Assembly: GCA_038998335.1 (NCBI GenBank)
Contig: JAVZHQ010000001.1
Coordinates: 160,001-224,000 of the forward strand
Source of the DNA: Candidatus Aenigmatarchaeota archaeon
GTDB taxonomy: Archaea > Aenigmatarchaeota > Aenigmatarchaeia > CG10238-14 > SCSR01
Length of the DNA stretch: 64,000 bases
Direction of reading: 5' to 3'
Shown here one piece after another: positions 57,344 to 64,000 of this stretch; the stretch's first letter is position 1; each line of letters opens with the position of its first letter. The position numbers were made by a program, and so were the translations under genes. Below the pieces are notes generated by a model. The model saw nothing but the letters and a program-made list of their open reading frames with translations. It was not told where the DNA came from and searched no databases.

Positions 57344-57665
57344 CTTCGTAGTTTATTTTCTTGTTGCGATTCTTTTCTCTATAGTTACTGCTTTTGCTAG
57401 AAAATTCTTGAAAAACTTAGAAGAAAACGAAAAGCTTGCAGCTTCCTTAATTTTTCTCAACCCAAAAGTACCAAAATGTTTTTGGATTTTAGGTATAATT
57501 CTTTTTGTTTTTTCCATAGCTTTTTTACTTTCGCCTTTTTATGAGTTCTACTTTCGTTCAAGTCTTTTTGTAATAATTATTTCAACTTATCTTTTACTTT
57601 TTGCTTTTGTTTACTTTTTCAAAACCCTTTATGAGGCAACAAAAAGTGAGGAGTATGGAGCTTAG
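57321..57665 (+). CDS. Hypothetical membrane protein (paralog of 16811-17242)
   Basis: KFLKNLEENEKLAASLIFLNPKV, YFFKTLYEATKS. Confidence 0.75.
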   Translation: MGVWEVINFVVYFLVAILFSIVTAFARKFLKNLEENEKLAASLIFLNPKVPKCFWILGIILFVFSIAFLLSPFYEFYFRSSLFVIIISTYLLLFAFVYFFKTLYEATKSEEYGA

Positions 57666-58026
57666 AGCTGAACTAGAAAAGATATTGAAAGAGATGAAGA
57701 AAATAGAAGGGGTAAGAGGAAGCTTGATAGCTAACAGAGAAGGATTGCTTGTAGTTTCTTATCTCCCTGCTGAGCTTGACGCTAGACTTTTAGCTGCTTT
57801 GGCCGCAACTTTAGTGAAAGTTTCAAGCATGACAGCTGAAAGATTGGGAATGGGTACTTTTACTCATACTGTGGTTAAAGCCTCTCAAGGTTATTATGTT
57901 TGCTTCCCGATTGATACTGAAATGATTTTAGCATGCCTACTGGAAAAGGATGTTAATCTTGGTTTAGTTTTGGTTAGAATGGAAGAGAGTATAAAAGAAA
58001 TAGTAAAAGTTTTAAGAAGTGTTTAA
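57655..58026 (+). CDS. Roadblock/LC7 domain protein (paralog of 16439-16810)
   Basis: MELRAELEKILKEMKKIEGV...LGMGTFTHTVVKAS.GYYVCFP. Confidence 0.9.
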   Translation: MELRAELEKILKEMKKIEGVRGSLIANREGLLVVSYLPAELDARLLAALAATLVKVSSMTAERLGMGTFTHTVVKASQGYYVCFPIDTEMILACLLEKDVNLGLVLVRMEESIKEIVKVLRSV

Positions 58027-58027
58027 G

Positions 58028-58099
58028 TGGACTGGCCGGGATTTGAACCCGGAACTTCCGCCTTGCGAAGGCGGCGATCTACCGTTGATCTACCAGCCC
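58028..58099 (-). tRNA. tRNA-Ala(CGC)
   Basis: CCGCC-TT-CGC-AA-GGCGG; G3:U70. Confidence 0.95.
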
Positions 58100-58141
58100 T
58101 TGATAAAATCAATTTTATTTTTGATTTAAATAATTTAATTT

Positions 58142-58912
58142 ATGGAAAGGATTCTTTTTGATGCAATAAGTTTTGCGAAAAGAGCAGGACTTTTGCTCTT
58201 GAAAGATTTTAGAAAAGTTAAAGAATACTCAAAAAGAGGGCATAGCAAAGCAATAAAAACTATTTATGATAAAGCTTCTGAAAATTTGATAAAAAAGCTT
58301 ATTTCAGCAAAGTATCCTGAGCATAGCATTTTGTCAGAAGAAGCAGGTTATGTTGAAAAGGATTCTAAGTATTTGTGGGTTGTTGATCCTCTAGATGGAA
58401 CAGGAAATTTTGTTAACGGTAATCCTTTGTTTTCTGTTTCCATAGCTTTTTTAGAAAATAACAAGCTTAAGTATGGAGCAATATACTTTCCAGTTTCTAA
58501 CGAAACCTTTTTCGCAGAAAGAGGAAAAGGAGCTTTTCTAAACGGAAAAAGAATTTTTGTTTCAAAAATAGATAAGCTAGAAAAAAGCTATTTTGTAACT
58601 TGTGAAGGCGTAGAAAAAAGTAAGAAAAGAAAGGCAAAGCTTTACTCTACAATAATATCAAAAGCAGTTGATATAAGGAAGCTTGGTTCAGGAAGCTTAG
58701 AGTGTGCTTGGGTTGCTTCAGGAAGGGCAGAGGCTTACTTAACTTTTAAAGTTCCACCTTGGGATGTTGCTGCCGGAGTTTTGTTAGTAGAAGAGGCAGG
58801 AGGAAAGGTTACTGATTTTAAAGGAAGGGAATGGAGTTTAAGACAATGCGACTTTTTGGCTTCAAATTCTCTTATTCATGAAAAAGTTTTAAAATTGTTA
58901 AAAGGCATCTAA
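58142..58912 (+). CDS. Inositol monophosphatase / FBPase family
   Basis: SEE, WVVDPLDGTGNF, WDVAAG. Confidence 0.93.
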   Translation: MERILFDAISFAKRAGLLLLKDFRKVKEYSKRGHSKAIKTIYDKASENLIKKLISAKYPEHSILSEEAGYVEKDSKYLWVVDPLDGTGNFVNGNPLFSVSIAFLENNKLKYGAIYFPVSNETFFAERGKGAFLNGKRIFVSKIDKLEKSYFVTCEGVEKSKKRKAKLYSTIISKAVDIRKLGSGSLECAWVASGRAEAYLTFKVPPWDVAAGVLLVEEAGGKVTDFKGREWSLRQCDFLASNSLIHEKVLKLLKGI

Positions 58913-59338
58913 CATTTTTTTAAATTCTTTTATTTGCTCTTTTGCTACAGGTTGAAGCTTAACTTTTATTTTATTCACATTAAACCATTTAATATCACAA
59001 ACATCACTTCCTGCTTTTAATTTGCCCCCAACAATCTTTGTTTTAAAACAAAAAACCAAGTGATGATGATTATCATGAAACTCTTGAGTTAAGTGAAAAA
59101 GTTCTAAAGGTTTTATTTTAAGACTAGTTTCTTCTTTAGTTTCTCTTATTAAAGCTTCTTCCAAGGTTTCTCCTGCTTTTACCTTTCCTGTAGGAAGACC
59201 CCAGAATCCTGGAAAAGCTTTTTTTGATCTCTTTCTCTTGACTAATAAAATTTTTCTATCTTTTTCGATCAAAGCACTAACAACTGCTGAAATCTTTCTT
59301 GGAGTTTTAATGTTTCTTTTAACTGTACAAATTTTCAT
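58898..59338 (-). CDS. Nudix hydrolase
   Basis: GKVKAGETLEEALIRETKEET. Confidence 0.88.
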   Translation of the reverse strand: MKICTVKRNIKTPRKISAVVSALIEKDRKILLVKRKRSKKAFPGFWGLPTGKVKAGETLEEALIRETKEETSLKIKPLELFHLTQEFHDNHHHLVFCFKTKIVGGKLKAGSDVCDIKWFNVNKIKVKLQPVAKEQIKEFKKMLDAF

Positions 59339-59356
59339 AAGATTTTATTGTTTTTG

Positions 59357-60496
59357 TTAAAACTTATTATTTGGTACAAGACTTTTCAGTCTTTTTAAAG
59401 CCTCTACTTTTTCTTTTTTCTCTATTTCAGCTTGCTTTAGAATTTCATCTAAAAATCTTATTGATTCGTCCATAGCTTTTCTTTCTATTGGCTTAGGAAC
59501 ACCATCCTTGCCACCGTAAGCATAAGAATATTTTACTGGGTCTTTCCAGCTTGGCTCTGAGCCATAAATTATTTCAGAAACTAAAGCTAAACCTCTTACA
59601 GTAGAAGGGCCTATACCTTTTATCCCTAAGAGCTCTTCGTAATTTTTTGGTTGAAACTCATAAGCTTCTTTCAAAGCGTCCCAGTTAACATTTCTCGGCA
59701 TTTTTAAAACATGAACAAAAAACTCTTTTCTTTTAAAAGGTAGAAATTGAGTTAAACTTTTTTGATAAATTGGCTTTATTGATAAGAAGTCATTTCTAAT
59801 TTTTTGTGGTCCTTCTTTTACTAAATCGACTGAAATTTTTCTTGCTTCTTCGCTTTGCTTAGCTGTCATATCTAAAACATTTTCTTTTTTTATATCGCAG
59901 CAAATTGCAGAATGAGGCTCTTCAACGAAACTTTTAACGTTTTCAGAAATCCAATGGTACCTGCGAGCAGTTTTATCTTGAATATTCATTCCCTGTTGAA
60001 CAACAACCCAAGATTTTTCTGTAAAGAAAAATGTGTGATGGTATAAAGGATACTCGCATTGGATAGCAGTATTATCTACTTTTGCGCTCATTCTGCTTGC
60101 ATACTTTAATTCTTCCATCTTTTTTGAAGATAAAGAAAGAGTTTCGCTGATTTTTTCAATTTCTTTTGGAGTTTTTCTTGAAAACTTCCCTTTTCCGCCT
60201 GCAATTCCTAAGCCAAATTTTTCTGGTCGAATAACAGATTTAAGAATAGCACATACTGTTGTGGTAACTCCTGAAGAATGCCAATCATGTCCTATAACAC
60301 AACCAAAAGCTTGGAACCAAAAGGGATTTGAAACTCTTCTTAGTAATTCTTCTTTTCCATATTCTTCTATAACTAAAGTAGCAATTTGTTTTCCTAACTT
60401 TTTCATTCTTACTAAAAGCCAGAAAGGTACATGCCCGTAATGTAAAGGAAGTTCTGCAATCCCAGTTTTTTTCATGAGTCTCACTTGGCTTATCAA
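59357..60496 (-). CDS. DUF763-family protein
   Basis: LPLHYG, WFQAFGC...DWHSSG.TT, VVQQGM, GGKDG.P. Confidence 0.88.
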   Translation of the reverse strand: MISQVRLMKKTGIAELPLHYGHVPFWLLVRMKKLGKQIATLVIEEYGKEELLRRVSNPFWFQAFGCVIGHDWHSSGVTTTVCAILKSVIRPEKFGLGIAGGKGKFSRKTPKEIEKISETLSLSSKKMEELKYASRMSAKVDNTAIQCEYPLYHHTFFFTEKSWVVVQQGMNIQDKTARRYHWISENVKSFVEEPHSAICCDIKKENVLDMTAKQSEEARKISVDLVKEGPQKIRNDFLSIKPIYQKSLTQFLPFKRKEFFVHVLKMPRNVNWDALKEAYEFQPKNYEELLGIKGIGPSTVRGLALVSEIIYGSEPSWKDPVKYSYAYGGKDGVPKPIERKAMDESIRFLDEILKQAEIEKKEKVEALKRLKSLVPNNKF

Positions 60497-60598
60497 AATT
60501 TATTTTAAAATAAAGTTAATTAGATTTTTGGGAGTAAATTTCCGCTGATTCCGATTCATTAAAAATAAAAGTTATTAGGTTAATTAAATTTTATAGCT

Positions 60599-60673
60599 GG
60601 ACAGGTGGCGCAGCCTGGTTAGCGCAATCGGCTGATAACCGATAGGTCGAGGGTTCAAATCCCTCCCTGTCCA
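60599..60673 (+). tRNA. tRNA-Ile(GAT)
   Basis: ATCGG-CT-GAT-AA-CCGAT. Confidence 0.95.
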
Positions 60674-60967
60674 TTTTGCTATGTTATTCCAGTAAATTAA
60701 AATAAAAGGAAACATTTTTTAAAATTATTTTTTTGTATTTTTACAACTTTTTAGGTAGAAATTAATAGATATAGAGAGATTTCTACGCTACTTCAAAATA
60801 ACATCCAGCACACAAACAAGCGACTGTTCCTCTACAGGAACAACCTACCGAAACTCCTCTTGTAGTCCAAGCTTTAATCCAAACACCCGCTCTCCGTGAC
60901 TAGCATCTTATAGAGTGTGTTATTAATAGGTAAGTTTTTAAATCTTTTTTGTTTTCTATCTTAAATT

Positions 60968-61207
60968 ATGATTAATTATAGAGAAAAAATCATCGAAATT
61001 TTAAAAAAATCAAATGGTTTAACTTTTTCAAGTATAGAGGTTGAATTACTCAGAAGCTTGAGTGAAAGTGAGAAAAGAGAGTACAGATTTGATAAGTTTT
61101 TTGTTGCTATTTATGATTTAGAAAATGATGGTATAATATTTAGGGGAAAAGGAGGAGAATTTGAGAAAGGAAAGTTTTACTTAAAGCTTAAAAATAGCAA
61201 TTCCTAA
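60968..61207 (+). CDS. Small winged-helix-like protein
   Basis: IIEILKKSNGLTF...LENDGII pattern. Confidence 0.5.
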   Translation: MINYREKIIEILKKSNGLTFSSIEVELLRSLSESEKREYRFDKFFVAIYDLENDGIIFRGKGGEFEKGKFYLKLKNSNS

Positions 61208-61214
61208 CTTTTTT

Positions 61215-61835
61215 TTGATGAAAGGATTATTTATAGTGTTCGAAGGAATTACCGGCTCTGGTAAAAAAACCCACATAAAACTTTTAGTAGAAAAACTGAA
61301 AGAAAAGGGGAAAGAAGTTACTGTAATTTCTTTTCCTAATTATGAAAGTGAAATAGCAAGATTTACAAAAAGAGCTGATTTAGACGCTTACACTCAATCT
61401 TTACTTTTTGCTGCTGATAGAAGTCTTTACCAGGAAAGGATTAAAGCTTTACTTGAAAAAGGAAACGTAATTCTTTGCGATAGATATTGTTACAGTAACT
61501 TTGCCTATCAAGCTGCTAAAGGCTTACCTTTAGGATGGCTTAAAGAAATAGAAAAACATACCATTAAGCCTGATATTGTTTTTTTGATTGATGTGCCAGT
61601 TGAAATTAGCATGAACAGAGTTAAACAGTTAAGCATTGAAGATTTCACTAAAAAGGAAATACTTGAAAGGTTGGAAAGGGAAAAAGACTTTCTGGAAAAA
61701 ATAAGGGAAATTTACTTGAGTTTAGCTGTAACTGATAAAGAAACTAAATGGTTTGTTATTAATGGTTCAGAAGATATTTCTGTTAATCATGAAAAAATTT
61801 GGAAAAAGGTAAAAGAAGAACTTAAAATTGAGTAG
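61215..61835 (+). CDS. tmk: Thymidylate kinase
   Basis: FIVFEGITGSGKKT, LLFAADR, DRY..SN.AYQ, PDIVFLIDV. Confidence 0.88.
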   Translation: MMKGLFIVFEGITGSGKKTHIKLLVEKLKEKGKEVTVISFPNYESEIARFTKRADLDAYTQSLLFAADRSLYQERIKALLEKGNVILCDRYCYSNFAYQAAKGLPLGWLKEIEKHTIKPDIVFLIDVPVEISMNRVKQLSIEDFTKKEILERLEREKDFLEKIREIYLSLAVTDKETKWFVINGSEDISVNHEKIWKKVKEELKIE

Positions 61836-61850
61836 AGTTTTTTTCAACTT

Positions 61851-61866
61851 TGTTAGACGTCTAACA
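61851..61866. repeat. 16-bp perfect palindrome TGTTAGACGTCTAACA, copy 4
   Basis: Exact; symmetry extends to 20 bp. Confidence 0.95.
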
Positions 61867-61904
61867 AAAAATAAAATTTAAAAATAGAAAATTAATTTAC
61901 AATT

Positions 61905-62513
61905 ATGAAGCTTTTGACCTCGCCGGTCGAGGCTTTAAAGGAAGCAAAAACAAAAAAAAGTTTTGGTAAAACCATAGGAATATTAGTAATTTCAGCAATA
62001 CTTTTTGGTTTATCTGTAGCAATATTTCCTCTAGGATTTTCAACAACTCCTGTTAGGGCAGTACCAACCTTTTCTACAATGACCTTTGCTGTAATTTTTG
62101 TAGGTACGTTAATACTTGGTTTATTCTACGGCTATCTAGCAAAGTTAGTAATGAACATTCTTGGAGGTAAAGGGAAGTACTTCGAAGGTCTAACGACAAT
62201 AACCTACTCCATATTCCCCTTTTCTGTAGGTTTATTTATAGTAGCACTACTAAATTACGCGTTACTTCAAGTGCAGCAAATAGCCCAATATTATTTGGTA
62301 ACAATCTTTATCCAAGGGTTTATTCTATCGGTATTTACAGCACTCGGGTTAGCAGTATTTTACAAAGGACTTAACGAACTTTTCCAAGTGGATATGATAG
62401 CTGCATTGGTTGGTGCAGGAATACTTTTCTCAACACTTTGGATTGCATTTTATGGACTAATCTTTAGTTTGATGGGAGCTTTTATCCCGCTAGTTCCATC
62501 GATTAGACCATAA
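61905..62513 (+). CDS. Yip1-like multi-pass membrane protein
   Basis: SP.EA, LGGKGKY, YS..P, five TM segments. Confidence 0.75.
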   Translation: MKLLTSPVEALKEAKTKKSFGKTIGILVISAILFGLSVAIFPLGFSTTPVRAVPTFSTMTFAVIFVGTLILGLFYGYLAKLVMNILGGKGKYFEGLTTITYSIFPFSVGLFIVALLNYALLQVQQIAQYYLVTIFIQGFILSVFTALGLAVFYKGLNELFQVDMIAALVGAGILFSTLWIAFYGLIFSLMGAFIPLVPSIRP

Positions 62514-62572
62514 AATCGTAAGCTAATTTTTCCTTTTTCTTTTTTTCAAAAATTTTTAAAGAGTTTTTTTAA

Positions 62573-62588
62573 TGTTAGACGTCTAACA
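62573..62588. repeat. 16-bp perfect palindrome TGTTAGACGTCTAACA, copy 5
   Basis: Exact; symmetry extends to 18 bp. Confidence 0.95.
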
Positions 62589-62639
62589 TGGAAAAAAATT
62601 TAAGAATTAAAACTTTTAAAAGAAATTTATTTTAAGGAT

Positions 62640-62714
62640 GCCCCCTTCGTCTAGTCCGGCTAAGGATACGAGCCTTTCGAGCTCGGGACACGGGTTCAAA
62701 TCCCGTAGGGGGCA
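62640..62714 (+). tRNA. tRNA-Glu(TTC)
   Basis: CGAGC-CT-TTC-GA-GCTCG. Confidence 0.95.
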
Positions 62715-62777
62715 TGTCCTTTTCAATTTTATCGAATTGTTAAAAAGATTAAAAAAGAAAAATAAAATTTATTATAG

Positions 62778-63110
62778 GTGAGAGAAATGGGTGCACCAAC
62801 TTTGTATGTAGTAGATGTGATAAAAAACATTTTATCTTATATTAGCAAGTTAATTCCAAAATCTAAAGTAAGAGTTAACGAGCTTGGAAGAGGCGAAATA
62901 TTTTACAAACCAATTATTGGAGAGGAGAGAAAACTTGTAGAAGTTTACGGGACTTCAGAAAGAAGAGGAGAAAGTGTCGGGAATCATCGAATAGTAGTTG
63001 ATTTTAAAGATCCATCTTTGAAAGAAGATCCAAAACTTATGGAGTTTCTCTATAAGCAAAAAAAGGAGATTTCTGAGCAGAAAGAGCCTATAGAACTTGT
63101 AATAAAATAG
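62778..63110 (+). CDS. Hypothetical protein
   Basis: ORF only. Confidence 0.55.
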   Translation: MREMGAPTLYVVDVIKNILSYISKLIPKSKVRVNELGRGEIFYKPIIGEERKLVEVYGTSERRGESVGNHRIVVDFKDPSLKEDPKLMEFLYKQKKEISEQKEPIELVIK

Positions 63111-63122
63111 TCAAGTTAAAAT

Positions 63123-63641
63123 TTACCATTTTTCATAATGAACTTTCTTTTTTTCAAATTCTTTTTCTGTATGTTCAGGTTTTTTCTCCGCAGGATAACC
63201 TATAGGCATTAAACCAAGAATTCTTACGCTTTTTGGTGCTTTTATAACTTCTCTAACATATTCTTCACTATCTCTCAAAAAAACAGTTTTCCCTCCCATA
63301 ATTTGGCAGAAACAAGTACCCAAGCCTTGGTTTGTGGCTTCAAGATAAATGTTTTCAGCAGCTATAGCACAATCTTCAACCCAAAATTTTGAAAGAATTC
63401 CAGACTTAGCAGCGATGACTAAAACAACTGGAGCATCCTTAACAAAATAGCAAAAAGGTGTAGCTTTTGATAATTTTTCTTTCGTTTCTTTATCCTTAAC
63501 GACAATAAATTCCCAAGGTCTTCTGTGCATGGCAGACGGAGCATACATAGCAGCCTTTAAAATTTCTTCCAGCTTTTCTTTTTCAACTTCTTTTTTCTGG
63601 AACTTTCTTATGCTTCTTCTTTTTTTGATAACTTCTAGCAT
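63123..63641 (-). CDS. Nitroreductase family protein
   Basis: RRSIRKF, APSA...PWEF, GLGTC, IGYP. Confidence 0.93.
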   Translation of the reverse strand: MLEVIKKRRSIRKFQKKEVEKEKLEEILKAAMYAPSAMHRRPWEFIVVKDKETKEKLSKATPFCYFVKDAPVVLVIAAKSGILSKFWVEDCAIAAENIYLEATNQGLGTCFCQIMGGKTVFLRDSEEYVREVIKAPKSVRILGLMPIGYPAEKKPEHTEKEFEKKKVHYEKW

Positions 63642-63787
63642 AAAATTAAATTACCCCTCAAAATTTAATACTTACAATTTTTTAATTTCAGTCTTTTTCT
63701 GGTAATATTGCGTCCTAATTTTATAAGAAATATCAGGAGTTTAACATCAAATTTTTAAGCTTCAATTTTTTAAGAATTATTGAGATT

Positions 63788-64000
63788 ATGCCTTTTGTTT
63801 ACGTTCCTCTTAAAACTTTTCCACGAAGCTTAGAAGAAGCAAAAAAGGAATTAGAAAAGCTCTACGAATGTTTCAAGAATTTCATGAGTAAAGACTTTGA
63901 TTTTATTTCCTGGTTTGAAAACGATTTTGAAAAAGACATCAAAAGCTTAGAGAGTATAAGTGAAAAAATTTCTACCCTTACTAAAGAGGGAAAAATTCTC
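63788..64000 (+). CDS. Hypothetical protein (runs off window)
   Basis: MPFVYVPLKTFPRSLEEAKKELEK... open to the window end. Confidence 0.55.
   Translation, partial: MPFVYVPLKTFPRSLEEAKKELEKLYECFKNFMSKDFDFISWFENDFEKDIKSLESISEKISTLTKEGKIL

Noticed and set aside
1-64000. Stop-codon reassignment suggested by the variant aRF1
   Set aside because: TAA, TAG and TGA all end conserved genes at expected lengths, and no suppressor tRNA was seen

Overview
AT-rich, gene-dense archaeal chromosome segment. Evidence: aIF2-alpha-Nop10-PAC2, aRF1, L37e, S8e, Lsm and an intron-containing tRNA. The compact layout suggests a DPANN-type archaeon such as Aenigmatarchaeota, but that is inference. It holds about 75 CDSs, 11 dispersed tRNAs, a short Smc with ScpA/ScpB, FtsZ2, Asn synthesis and charging genes, a probable tetraether lipid synthase, a fused aconitase X, two ABC systems and Cys-rich surface proteins. 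No CRISPR array, rRNA, transposase or integrase was seen. Highlights: (1) five intergenic copies of the 16-bp palindrome TGTTAGACGTCTAACA, which resembles bacterial parS, with two pairs each bracketing a single gene; (2) an unannotated AbrB/MraZ-like gene divergent from ftsZ2 across six ACGGGTT repeats, plus an acidic micropeptide and a PRC-barrel/PqqD-like pair; (3) an aRF1 with GGMSQ in place of GGQ; (4) an 827-aa Smc; (5) two CDSs whose stop codon is U8-A9-G10 of a downstream tRNA; (6) a duplicated membrane-membrane-roadblock cassette. All calls come from reading motifs by eye; no searches were run.
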